Part shown: positions 1 through 9,696 of the stretch, piece after piece | How positions within the stretch are numbered: the first letter of the stretch is position 1 | How the letters are laid out: every line of letters begins with the position of its first letter | Source of the DNA: Opitutales bacterium | GTDB taxonomy: Bacteria > Verrucomicrobiota > Verrucomicrobiia > Opitutales > PNEW01 | Length of the DNA: 64,000 nucleotides | Assembly (NCBI GenBank): GCA_965197745.1 | Contig: CBDANS010000007.1 | Span: forward strand, 608,001 to 672,000 | Reading direction: 5' to 3' | Translations under genes and position numbers: made by a program | Notes under the pieces: generated by a model | What the model was told of the DNA's origin: nothing | Database searches by the model: none | What the model saw: the letters and a program-made list of their open reading frames with translations, nothing else

Positions 1-453
1 GTAATACGTGTGCCAGTCGGTGACCGACAGGTTGTCAATAAAATGATAGAGGGGGGCTACAATTTGGGAGGTGAATCGTCGGGACATGTCATTTTCAGTG
101 ATCACTCTCTCATAAGTGATGGATTATTAGCGGCAATTAAGATTATTGAAGTGATGCTTCAAAGAGGAGAGCCACTCTCTCAATTGCGAAAATGTATAAC
201 GCACTTTCCTCAATCCCGGTGTGATCTTTATGTTAAGGAAAAAGTGCCTTTAATGGATAAATCGCAGTTAGTAGCGGAAATGACTCTTTTGGAAAACTCA
301 CTTTCAGGTTCCGGGCGGATACTCGTTCGTTATTCTGGGACAGAACCGAAAATCCGATTGCTGGTCGAAGGTGAAAACGCGGAGCAGGTAGAGAATTGCC
401 TGATCGAACTTAAAAAAGCGGTGGCCACTCATCTCAATGTAATCGAAGGGTGA
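1..453 (+). CDS. glmM: Phosphoglucosamine mutase, C-terminal part (5' truncated by window)
   Basis: VGDR, GGESSGH, DG and RYSGTEPKIR motifs; frame open from base 1. Confidence 0.9.
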   Translation, partial: VIRVPVGDRQVVNKMIEGGYNLGGESSGHVIFSDHSLISDGLLAAIKIIEVMLQRGEPLSQLRKCITHFPQSRCDLYVKEKVPLMDKSQLVAEMTLLENSLSGSGRILVRYSGTEPKIRLLVEGENAEQVENCLIELKKAVATHLNVIEG

Positions 454-483
454 GGCGTTCAGCTTGAAGGCACTAATAAGCAG

Positions 484-602
484 TACCTGCCGTAATTCAG
501 AAGTCGACGAACTCCCTTCGACTTGAACTCAGGCAAAAGCAGGTAACCAGAGGTGAAGCAAAGCGAAACCTCTGGCTATTTTCCGGCGCCCCTCCGGGGC
601 TT
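484..602. repeat. Cluster of intergenic palindromes (REP-like)
   Basis: TACCTGC...GCAGGTA; CCAGAGGT...ACCTCTGG; GCCCCTCCGGGGC motif shared with 37240 and 51630 regions. Confidence 0.6.
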
Positions 603-628
603 AGGCGTTAAGATAATCTAACTTTCAA

Positions 629-739
629 GCGGACACGATCAGCTGTCGTCCCGTCCCGCAGTCGCGGGAGGACTATGGCTGACAGGCATCGTGCGTCCCT
701 CCGGAATTAAAAATGGAGGGCCACGCTCCGTCGTGGCCG
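629..739. repeat. REP-like doublet (family A, GGAGGGCCACGC..GTCGTGGCCG) with a second repeat nested in the first hairpin
   Basis: Matches copies at 26015, 31694 and 37415; nested part resembles 12461-12500. Confidence 0.7.
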
Positions 740-903
740 TGAAATTATATTTTACGCAGTCTAACAATCTACGTCCAGCGAGGGGAATATTGCTTACAAG
801 AAGCACCGAATTACTGCGAGTTCATATAAGCAAAATGTGGCAATATCATAGGGCATGCACTTCCAGCTCTTAATTTAGGGAAATAAGCATCCGATACTAA
901 TAT

Positions 904-2319
904 ATGCCGGAAGTTTGTCTCAACGCGCTTGATTCTCGCTATCGCAACCATATCGATAAAGCTGAAAAAGCCTTGGATAAGGGAAATCCAGGCTATGCTA
1001 TTGATGTTTATTCTGCGCTGTTAAAAAAACATCCCGAATGTCTTGAGGTTCGAAAAGTATTGCGAAGAGCCCAACATAAAAATCCAGCAAATAATCAACG
1101 GATAAGCACAAAGATCAAATCTAAGCTGATTTCGGTTATTTATAGATTCAGGGGGTGGTTTTTGCTCAATTACCCGAAAAAAAAGATAATTTTAGCTGAG
1201 CGAATACTCAGTTCTAACCCTAATGATACTTTTGCCCACCAATACCTTGCGCGGTCCGCGCTGGCATTGGGGCTAAATGAAACGGCAATATTTGCTTATG
1301 AATCAGTAAGGAGTTTGAAACCGGAGAATAAACGCATTCTTTTGAATTTAGCGAAAACATACTTTTTGGCAAAACGTAACCGTGAAGCTATTCAAATATG
1401 TGATTCCATCCTCAGTAAGAATCCCTCGGGTAGTGAAGCTCAATTGCTCATAAAACAGGCATCAGTAGCGCTTTCCATAGAGCAAGGACAGTGGGAAGAA
1501 GATTCGAATTTCCACTCCAAACTTCACAATAAGACAGAATCTCAGAATCTCGAACTGACCGGTCATTTAATCAAAGATGAGAGTGAGTTAAAAAAACTAA
1601 TTGCGATCACCAGGGTTAAAATAGAAAGAGAACCGGATAATATTAATAATTATCGGACCATCAGTCAGTATTATCAACAGCTGGGTGAATACGATGAGGC
1701 TATTCACTGGATTCGTCAGGTTCGTAAAACAAATCATGGTGCTTCCGATGCGGCTCTCGAACACCTTGAAATCGATCTCGAAGTTGGCAAAGAGGAACAT
1801 TTCATCAGCAGTATCAAACAACGTCTATCTGAATATCCTTCGGATAATTCATTGAAGCAGCAATTAAAGGAAGCGCAGGAAACATCTACTGAACTAAACT
1901 TTAGGAGAATAGAATTACTCGTAGAAAAGTACCCCAATGATAATCGCTATCATTTCGAATATGGCGAACTGCTCTACGGTGAATGTCGGTTGAGAGCGGC
2001 AGCAGAACAATTTCAATTGACGCAGCGAGATCCAAAATTCCGACTGCTTTCTTATGCTTATCTAGGCAGGATTTTTAAGAGAGAAAAGAAATACGATCTT
2101 GCCGTGAATCAACTTTACACCGTTAAAAATAATACACCTGTAATGGATGAATTTAAAAAAGATGTCGTTTACGAGTTGGCAGATTGTTATGCCAAACTGG
2201 GTGAGAAGGAAAAAGCGATAGCAGAATATAAACAGATTTATGCCTGCGATATCGCGTTCCGAGATGTTACCGTGATTGTTAACAATCACTATCAGAAGTC
2301 CGCACCGCCTTCGGCATGA
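904..2319 (+). CDS. Tetratricopeptide repeat protein
   Basis: 471 aa with several TPR-like helical repeats (e.g. YELADCYAKLGEKEKAIAEY). Confidence 0.8.
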   Translation: MPEVCLNALDSRYRNHIDKAEKALDKGNPGYAIDVYSALLKKHPECLEVRKVLRRAQHKNPANNQRISTKIKSKLISVIYRFRGWFLLNYPKKKIILAERILSSNPNDTFAHQYLARSALALGLNETAIFAYESVRSLKPENKRILLNLAKTYFLAKRNREAIQICDSILSKNPSGSEAQLLIKQASVALSIEQGQWEEDSNFHSKLHNKTESQNLELTGHLIKDESELKKLIAITRVKIEREPDNINNYRTISQYYQQLGEYDEAIHWIRQVRKTNHGASDAALEHLEIDLEVGKEEHFISSIKQRLSEYPSDNSLKQQLKEAQETSTELNFRRIELLVEKYPNDNRYHFEYGELLYGECRLRAAAEQFQLTQRDPKFRLLSYAYLGRIFKREKKYDLAVNQLYTVKNNTPVMDEFKKDVVYELADCYAKLGEKEKAIAEYKQIYACDIAFRDVTVIVNNHYQKSAPPSA

Positions 2320-2342
2320 AAATGGGAGCGCCTCTTTAAAAA

Positions 2343-4037
2343 CTATATGCGAAAAATAGCCCCCAGCTTTTTACCCAACAACATGCTGGCTCCAATAATA
2401 GTCGCACTCAGGAAAATCATGGCCCAAACACCAAGTGCACTCGCGATGTAACGGCCATCGCCAAGAAAGTGCATCAGCTCGTAAATAGCCTTAGTGATAG
2501 GGAAGTATTCGGCTTTTTGCGCTAGAATTAACGAATCGGAAACTTCCAGCATAGCCTGAGAAAAGGCGAGAAGGCCGCCAGCCAGCAAGTTTGCTATAAT
2601 GAGCGGTATGGTAACCAGGAGTGCTGCTTTTAATGGTGGGCAACCGAGGTTTTGCGCGGCCTCTTCATAGGTTTCACTCGTCTGTTGCAATCCGGCTACT
2701 GCAGAGCGGACGACAAATGGCAGACGACGAACAGCGTAGGCGATGATAAGAAGCGCAGTCGGGTTTTCCACCGGATTGATGAAACTAAAAAACTTTCCTT
2801 CACGACTCATCGCCATGTAGCCAAACGCCATAACCAGGCCAGGAACAGCCAGGGGCAGCATGGCCATGGCATCGAGTCCGTTTCTCCCGGGGAGCCGTGT
2901 CCTCACCACGATGTAAGCAATGCTGACCCCCAGCACCATATTCAGAGCCGTAGCCGCACTTGCGTAAATAAGACTATTTCTGATTGAAGGCACGGTGAGA
3001 CTATGGCCAAGAGCAAGTTCATAGTTGTGCCATGTCAATTTCTGGGGTAAAATGGATTGATACCAGTCAGTCGAAAATGAAAGCATGATAACTCCAAAGT
3101 GGGGAAGGAGAGAGACAAATATAATAATACTGAAAAAGCTTATACATAGGATGGAACCGGTTAGACCTGGCTTTTTAGGGTCAGATTGGGCGCTGGCCTT
3201 TGCCATCATTGAATAGGTATCTCGCCCGAACAACCCTTTGCCTAAAACATAGAAAAGCATCGAAAAAATAAGCATGACGGTGACTAAGGCATATGGAAAC
3301 GGGTTGCCCCCTATATCCCTGATTCCATAAAAAATCTGCACCGAAGTAAGCCTGCTGTAATCAAAGATGAGCGGCACCCCCAGCTCTGTGAACGACCATA
3401 TAAAAACAATTGTGCATCCCGCGAACAACCCGGGTCGCATTAAGGGCAAGGTAATGCGATAAAATTTTTTAAATCCGCGGCAGCCTAAATTTTCGGCTGC
3501 TTCTTCCATCGCGGGGTCGATATTGGCAAGGGAAGCTAGAGCGTTTAAGTAAAGGATGGGAAAAAGACTCAGCGCACTCACAATCACGACGCCCCAGAAC
3601 TGTCCTTTTCCCAGCCAGTCGATAGTCTGTCCTTCGGGCAATAAACCGATAAGATTCAGTAGGGCATTAAGGGCACCATATTGACCGAGAATTTGCCTGA
3701 CTCCGATGGCTCCGACAAAGGGTGGGAGCATAATGGGTAAGAGAATCAACCCCATCATTATAGAACGCCCGGGAAAGACATAACGATCGGCGATCAATGC
3801 CAGGGGTAGGGAAATAAGTAAGGCGAGAAGGGTCGAAAAAACAGCGAGACCAAATGAATTGTAAAGGCCTTCCAGGTATAATGAATTCGCGAATACCTCA
3901 AAAAAATAGACGAGGGTAAAGTGACCATCAGCGTCTATAAATGCCCCGTGCAGGATTTGGCCGATAGGCCAGATAAAAAAAGTGGCAAAGAATATGAAGC
4001 ATAATAAGTAAATACTTATAGCAACAGCCTTGGTCAT
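2343..4037 (-). CDS. ABC transporter permease, FbpB/Fe3+-type, two EAA modules
   Basis: Hydrophobic 564 aa; EEAAENLG and EEAAQNLG motifs. Confidence 0.88.
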   Translation of the reverse strand: MTKAVAISIYLLCFIFFATFFIWPIGQILHGAFIDADGHFTLVYFFEVFANSLYLEGLYNSFGLAVFSTLLALLISLPLALIADRYVFPGRSIMMGLILLPIMLPPFVGAIGVRQILGQYGALNALLNLIGLLPEGQTIDWLGKGQFWGVVIVSALSLFPILYLNALASLANIDPAMEEAAENLGCRGFKKFYRITLPLMRPGLFAGCTIVFIWSFTELGVPLIFDYSRLTSVQIFYGIRDIGGNPFPYALVTVMLIFSMLFYVLGKGLFGRDTYSMMAKASAQSDPKKPGLTGSILCISFFSIIIFVSLLPHFGVIMLSFSTDWYQSILPQKLTWHNYELALGHSLTVPSIRNSLIYASAATALNMVLGVSIAYIVVRTRLPGRNGLDAMAMLPLAVPGLVMAFGYMAMSREGKFFSFINPVENPTALLIIAYAVRRLPFVVRSAVAGLQQTSETYEEAAQNLGCPPLKAALLVTIPLIIANLLAGGLLAFSQAMLEVSDSLILAQKAEYFPITKAIYELMHFLGDGRYIASALGVWAMIFLSATIIGASMLLGKKLGAIFRI

Positions 4038-4239
4038 AACAATTTAGTCTGCTTTTTAATAAAAAAATTCGAGATTGATGTCACGAAAATCAGATCATTC
4101 AAGAAAGTGTAATATTATTGGGAACAATAACTAACCTTTGACAATCTAAATTAGATAAAGGGTTAATCGTTAATGACTCACAGCGATAGTTAAAATGACG
4201 AAATTCAGCGAGGATATAAAGTTACTTTTTATATGATAC

Positions 4240-4473
4240 ATGAAACGATTGAATGAGACATTAACCCTGGACATCATCTGTGATGTGACAGGGAGGCGTT
4301 ATAAACAAGTGGATTTACCTTCGGAATTAGTAAATCAATTATCCCTGTCCGAGAAAGAGCAGGGCGTAACGACCACGGAACTTGCGAAAGTAATTATCCG
4401 GTATTTGGCAAAGAAGTCTAAAAAAGCAAATGCGTCGCATAGTGCGCAGTCGCTGCAGAATCAAATTAATTAA
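4240..4473 (+). CDS. Small hypothetical protein, possibly ribbon-helix-helix
   Basis: 77 aa; strand-helix-G-helix pattern (VDLPSELVNQL...GVTTTELAKVII). Confidence 0.4.
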   Translation: MKRLNETLTLDIICDVTGRRYKQVDLPSELVNQLSLSEKEQGVTTTELAKVIIRYLAKKSKKANASHSAQSLQNQIN

Positions 4474-4538
4474 GTAATACCGTAGTGTTCGCATTTTGGC
4501 TGAGCGTTTGCTCAAGCTCCATGTCATCAATCTCAATG

Positions 4539-4823
4539 CTACTCTATTCTATCAAAAGGTTCGTAAATATTATCAGAATCTCTGTTTCGTTCACGTTCTT
4601 CAGACAACCGCTCATTGGTTTCTTTTACTTTTTTCAGAAACCCCTTAGCACCCTTTGTCTCGCCGCTGATAACGGAACCTAAAGCGGTCTCCTTATCCAC
4701 TGCATTAATGGGCGCTTTTACACCGTAGGCAACCGTGTCCACGGGAGCACTCACGACCTTGCAACCGTTAAATGCAAGAGGAGAAATAAACACCAACAGG
4801 ATTTTTCTGAATAGACCTCTCAT
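4539..4823 (-). CDS. Small putative lipoprotein
   Basis: Signal peptide ending in lipobox-like FNGC. Confidence 0.55.
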   Translation of the reverse strand: MRGLFRKILLVFISPLAFNGCKVVSAPVDTVAYGVKAPINAVDKETALGSVISGETKGAKGFLKKVKETNERLSEERERNRDSDNIYEPFDRIE

Positions 4824-5006
4824 AGTTATAAGGTGTACTCCAATTAGGGTAATTTCAAACGGCTATTATAGATTTTAGCAGTTAGGAAAATAATTCGATA
4901 AGCCGAAAACATTGCTTTCTGTAGTTAATACAATGGTGATTCCAAATGCTTTAGCTCGTATTCAATTGAATTCTGTGCATCTAATTGACTCTATTTTAAT
5001 GAATCG

Positions 5007-5780
5007 ATGATAGCCAATTTTATTGCTTCGCTTGGTGAATATGGAATCCTGAGAATCAGACGCATAGGTAGATCGGGCATATTTCTTTACCATAGCCTCA
5101 TCAGCCTTTTTACCACGCCTTTGAAATGGGAACGGGTGCTGAAGCAGATTGAATTTATCGGGTGGCAATCGACGGGGCTCATTTGCCTTACCGGAGCATT
5201 TACCGGAATGGTCCTCGGACTCCAGGGGTATAATACCTTGTCAAGAGTCGGTTCGGAGACATTGCTGGGACCACTGGTGGCACTTTCTCTCATTCGGGAG
5301 TTAGGCCCTGTCCTCGCTGCACTGCTTATGACGGGTCGAGCCGGATCTGCTATTACCGCGGAAATCGCAATCATGCGAAATAATGAGCAAATCGATGCGA
5401 TTGAACTTATGGGATTGAATCCATTGCGCTACTTGGTTGTTCCCAATATTGTTGGCAGTGTCATCGCTCTAACTGTCCTTACCTGGATTTTCGATTTTGT
5501 GGGTATAATTGGCGGTTACCTCGTGGGCGTAAAAATGTTGGGGTTACCTTCCGGTTCATACTTTGGAGAAATCAGCCGTTACCTGGAAATGGATGATATT
5601 ATGGGGGGTGCTTATAAATCGCTCAGCTTCGGGCTGCTCATTGCCTGGGTATGTTGTTATAAAGGTTTTAATACCGGATTCGGGGCAGAAGGGGCAAGCA
5701 AGGCCACTACCCAGGCCGTCGTCAACTCATCTGTCCTCATCCTCGTGTGGGACTTTTTTGTCACTTCCCTCGTATTTTAA
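5007..5780 (+). CDS. mlaE: Mla ABC transporter permease
   Basis: RELGPVLAALLMTGRAGSAITAEI and EQIDAIELMG motifs. Confidence 0.92.
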   Translation: MIANFIASLGEYGILRIRRIGRSGIFLYHSLISLFTTPLKWERVLKQIEFIGWQSTGLICLTGAFTGMVLGLQGYNTLSRVGSETLLGPLVALSLIRELGPVLAALLMTGRAGSAITAEIAIMRNNEQIDAIELMGLNPLRYLVVPNIVGSVIALTVLTWIFDFVGIIGGYLVGVKMLGLPSGSYFGEISRYLEMDDIMGGAYKSLSFGLLIAWVCCYKGFNTGFGAEGASKATTQAVVNSSVLILVWDFFVTSLVF

Positions 5781-5784
5781 TGCT

Positions 5785-6531
5785 ATGATTGAGATTGATA
5801 ATCTACACAAGCAGCTTGCTGGAAAAGATGTTTTGCGCGGTGTTTCCCTGCGTGTTGAAAAAGGTGAATTTTTCGCGCTTATCGGCCAAAGTGGCTGTGG
5901 AAAGAGTGTGCTTCTTAAACACGTCGCCGGGTTAATGCAGCCGGACCGCGGGCGCATTTTTATTGATGGAGAAAATCTATCGACAGCCCGCGGTAAAGAC
6001 CTGGAGCGCATCCGCGGGCGCTATGGCTTTGTCTTTCAAAATGGTGCTCTTTTTGACTCCATGAATGTCTACGATAACCTGGCATTTCCGCTTAGAGAAA
6101 GAACGCGATTGAGCGAAAAAGAGATTCGGGATAAAGTGACAAAGGGCTTGGATCAGGTAGGTCTAAAAGATGTGGATTCGATATTTCCGGCACAGTTAAG
6201 TGGAGGAATGACTAAAAGGACAGCCCTTGCCAGGGCCCTGATCATGGAACCGGAGATCATTTTTTTCGATGAACCGACGACCGGTCTGGATCCTATCATC
6301 GCTAAAGCGATACTCAATATGTTTGAAACCTGTCATCAACAATTGAATCTGACTGGAATCATAGTATCCCATCAGGTTCCAGACATATTTCAAATCGTGC
6401 AAAAGATAGGCATGCTTCATGAAGGGAAAATAATCACAGCTGAAATCAAGGGAGGAAAAGTTGAAACGGATAACCCCATTATTCAGCAATTCGTGGAAGG
6501 AAGCATTGATGGTCCCGTTCAGTATAAATGA
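5785..6531 (+). CDS. mlaF: Mla ABC transporter ATP-binding protein
   Basis: Walker A GQSGCGKS, LSGGM, DEPTTGLDP; start moved to the ATG at 5785 just after mlaE. Confidence 0.92.
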   Translation: MIEIDNLHKQLAGKDVLRGVSLRVEKGEFFALIGQSGCGKSVLLKHVAGLMQPDRGRIFIDGENLSTARGKDLERIRGRYGFVFQNGALFDSMNVYDNLAFPLRERTRLSEKEIRDKVTKGLDQVGLKDVDSIFPAQLSGGMTKRTALARALIMEPEIIFFDEPTTGLDPIIAKAILNMFETCHQQLNLTGIIVSHQVPDIFQIVQKIGMLHEGKIITAEIKGGKVETDNPIIQQFVEGSIDGPVQYK

Positions 6532-6584
6532 AGTTTATCTTTTTGTTGTCCTTTTATTATGGCTGAATAAATATATTACACACC

Positions 6585-7031
6585 ATGAAAACGAAGCCCC
6601 TCTACCTTGAATTTACGGTGGGAGTATTTCTCCTCCTCGGTGTTCTTTGCCTTGCCTATCTCAGTGTTAAGCTCGCTAAAAAAGAGATATTTAATCCGGA
6701 TGGCTATACCGTCCACGCTCTATTTACCAACATCAGTGGACTCAGCACAGGGGCCCCAGTCGAGATCGCCGGGGTTGAAATCGGCCATGTTAAAAAGATT
6801 ACATTGGATGATTATGAGGCTTACGTTCTCATGGTTATTAAAGATAACATCCAACTGCAGACCGATGTTATCGCTTCCATAAAGACAAAGGGATTATTTG
6901 GTGAGAAATATGTGGAAATTATGCCGGGAGGGAACGAGGAGTTTATCAAACTAAACGGAAAAATACGATATACGGAACCAGCCATGGATATTGAAGGTCT
7001 CATTTCAAAATTCGTTCATGGTCAAATCTAA
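6585..7031 (+). CDS. mlaD: MCE-domain protein
   Basis: N-terminal TM helix; GLSTGAPVEIAGVEIGHV; GLFGEKYVEI. Confidence 0.92.
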   Translation: MKTKPLYLEFTVGVFLLLGVLCLAYLSVKLAKKEIFNPDGYTVHALFTNISGLSTGAPVEIAGVEIGHVKKITLDDYEAYVLMVIKDNIQLQTDVIASIKTKGLFGEKYVEIMPGGNEEFIKLNGKIRYTEPAMDIEGLISKFVHGQI

Positions 7032-7176
7032 CGAGACAATTTTGGATTTGGTAATTCACGCAAGGCGCAATGCCTTTATCAGCCACTCGGCGTTATTGAT
7101 AATCCCTGTCATATTTACCTTTTTTTATGACGTTTATCAGCAATAGAGCCTATATTACTATGACCTCATTGATTTA

Positions 7177-7818
7177 ATGATAATGAATAAGGCCGCTCTA
7201 AAATATTTTATCGCAATAGCTACAAGTTTTCTCCTTTTATTCACTTTTCTTCAAGCGGGATTGCCAACCGATCAGGTTAAGGAGACCACAGACAAGCTGA
7301 TTGCCATTCTCAGGGATCCTTATTTCAGCGACTTAAGCAATTCCGTCGAAAAGAGAAATCGTATAATCGAAGTAGCTGATGAGCGTATAGATTGGTATGC
7401 CCTGTGCCGGAGTTGTCTGGGACGGCATTGGTCGAAAAGAACACAGGAGGAAAAAAAAGAGTACATCGATCATCTCTCCCGATTTCTGCAGAATAATTAC
7501 TCCACACTTATTATAGAAAATTTTTCTAATTTAAAAGAGATTGAATATCTCGACGAAAAAATTGATGAAAATTACGCAGTCGTTCGCATAAATGCCATCG
7601 ACACCGATAATATTGCCTATCCCATCGGTTATCTCTTGAAAGAAAAAAAGGACGGATCCCAATGGGAAGTATTTGATATTATTATCGAAGGGGTGAGTAT
7701 GGTTAAAAATTACCGCACTCAATTCTCAGAGATTTTACGAAAATCAAATTTTGAGGATTTAATCCAAAGATTAAAAAAGAGAATCGAGGAGCTGGATAAA
7801 GAGCAAAGCGTCCTTTAA
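7177..7818 (+). CDS. mlaC: Periplasmic phospholipid-binding protein (MlaC/Ttg2D)
   Basis: WEVFDIIIEGVSMVKNYRTQF motif; operon position. Confidence 0.88.
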   Translation: MIMNKAALKYFIAIATSFLLLFTFLQAGLPTDQVKETTDKLIAILRDPYFSDLSNSVEKRNRIIEVADERIDWYALCRSCLGRHWSKRTQEEKKEYIDHLSRFLQNNYSTLIIENFSNLKEIEYLDEKIDENYAVVRINAIDTDNIAYPIGYLLKEKKDGSQWEVFDIIIEGVSMVKNYRTQFSEILRKSNFEDLIQRLKKRIEELDKEQSVL

Positions 7819-7976
7819 GACTTCCTTCGCCAGGAATCACTTCATATCTCAGTGAAGTTCGCTTACGATAGGTTACAGTAAATTGTCTAAGCCTTTGATT
7901 GATATACAAATATATCAGTGATATAGGATAACTCTTTTCTCAGCTAGGGGTAAAGGCTAAGTCGTATTTCTCAAGG

Positions 7977-8441
7977 TTAATATTCCAAAATCATGGTATA
8001 GCGATTTATTGCGGTACGCTGAAAGTTGCCTGTGCTCACATCACCATCATCGAAAGCTTCATCAAGATACGCCATCTGTTGAACACCATAATTCGTATTA
8101 ATTATACTAATACCCGCCGTGATTCCAAAAGCGCCAAAGTCCCAGTCCCAGTTACCTCCGGATGGTGTTATTTCAGTCCATACTGTATTGCTTAGGTATG
8201 CATCCATACCATTGGGGATAACTGCGAATGGAGAATCGGGCGGATAGCCACCCTCTGCCTGGGCATATTGTTCAAAGGCGCCCGCGAAAACACGCCAGTT
8301 GTTTATAAGATATGTATTATGGGCTCTATCACGTGCACGTCGAATATAAGGAATAGCGAAAGTAGTGAGTATTCCAATAATGACGACGACGATCATCATT
8401 TCGACGAGGTTAAACCCCAGCGAGTTTCTGTAATGCTTCAT
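7977..8441 (-). CDS. Prepilin-type N-terminal cleavage/methylation protein
   Basis: G|FNLVEMMIVVVIIGIL class III signal peptide. Confidence 0.85.
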   Translation of the reverse strand: MKHYRNSLGFNLVEMMIVVVIIGILTTFAIPYIRRARDRAHNTYLINNWRVFAGAFEQYAQAEGGYPPDSPFAVIPNGMDAYLSNTVWTEITPSGGNWDWDFGAFGITAGISIINTNYGVQQMAYLDEAFDDGDVSTGNFQRTAINRYTMILEY

Positions 8442-8495
8442 ATGATTAAAATCTTTAAGAAAGCCTGTGCTTCATGATTGTATTATTATTAGAAT

Positions 8496-9137
8496 TCACG
8501 AGGTGCCCGCGAGAATTATTTCATTTGTTAATTTCCATCCCCTTCTGGTCAGGATAATAGTTTCAACCCCATATAGAATACACGTAAATAATGCTAAGTA
8601 CGCTCCTGTCTCCAGGTTATCTCTAAAACTGACAAGGCAAAAGACAGCATTGGGAATATAGGCTAAATGGATGGATGCTGAAGCGTTTATTTCATGCGGC
8701 ACATGCTTTCGCTGATTGATGAATACCAAAAATATACTGATTAGTATCAGTATCAAAGTAATATATAATAAAAAGTTTTCTACGCGGTCTAACCGATATA
8801 AAGTTGCGACAAGGATAGAAACTAATGCTAATATTGACAAGAGGTAGCCAATGGCGATTTCTGCTTTGGTCAATTGATTTTTATTTAATACCCTTATACT
8901 CCAGAGTAAAATAAGGCATGGCAGGAACAACGGATATGAAATAAGTAATATTTCTCTACCGACAGTATGGTTATCATTTTCGAAAACAATATTTAGAGGG
9001 CTGTGAAAGAATTTATCCAGTAGTCCCAGGATGGCATTCATGGTTGAAATGCCATCCGTAAGAGGCATGAAAAGTGAAATGATACCGGGTATGGTCAGTA
9101 TAGGGTATAAGAATTTAAATTGAATAAAATTCCTCAT
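8496..9137 (-). CDS. Hypothetical membrane protein
   Basis: 213 aa, about 6 hydrophobic segments, AT-rich. Confidence 0.6.
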   Translation of the reverse strand: MRNFIQFKFLYPILTIPGIISLFMPLTDGISTMNAILGLLDKFFHSPLNIVFENDNHTVGREILLISYPLFLPCLILLWSIRVLNKNQLTKAEIAIGYLLSILALVSILVATLYRLDRVENFLLYITLILILISIFLVFINQRKHVPHEINASASIHLAYIPNAVFCLVSFRDNLETGAYLALFTCILYGVETIILTRRGWKLTNEIILAGTS

Positions 9138-9295
9138 GTATTTAACGGGAATTAGATAGATAATTTATTTTTCATCCATTTTTTTCAGAAAGATTCGCAT
9201 ACATCGGAAACCCACCAGTGAAGTTATAAGTAATTGAATTTCAATCAAAGGAGAGGTGGCAACGTTTCTCAGTTCTACAGCTTTGCGATATCATT

Positions 9296-9667
9296 TTAAG
9301 GCTTCGCCAGAATCCCGAGATTGAATTGGGCTTGGATGTGTCCCTGTTCGGCAGCTTTACTATACCATTTAACAGCTCTTCTTGAAATTTTATCTACATC
9401 TATACATTTTTCATATTTTACCCCAAGATAATATTGGGCGTCGGCGTATTTCTCACCAGCCATTTTACGAATCCATTTAAATGCTTCGGAGTGTTTCTGA
9501 ATATCTGCCTTGCGAAACCAATTGAAAGCCTGTGCATAATCTTGTTCTACACCTTCGCCTATGTAATGCATCATCCCAAGACTGAATTGGGCACCAGCAT
9601 ATCCTTTTTCAGCTGCTTTCTGAAACCACTTGAGTGCCTCGGCAAAATCCTGTTCTACGTACAAGCC
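9296..9667 (-). pseudogene. Sel1-like repeat protein fragment, 5' end cut at IS3
   Basis: AQFSLGMMHYIGEGVEQDYAQAFNWFRKA repeats; begins at the IS boundary and ends mid-repeat. Confidence 0.8.
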
Positions 9668-9696
9668 TGATTGGACCCCGTTTTTCGTACCAATTA

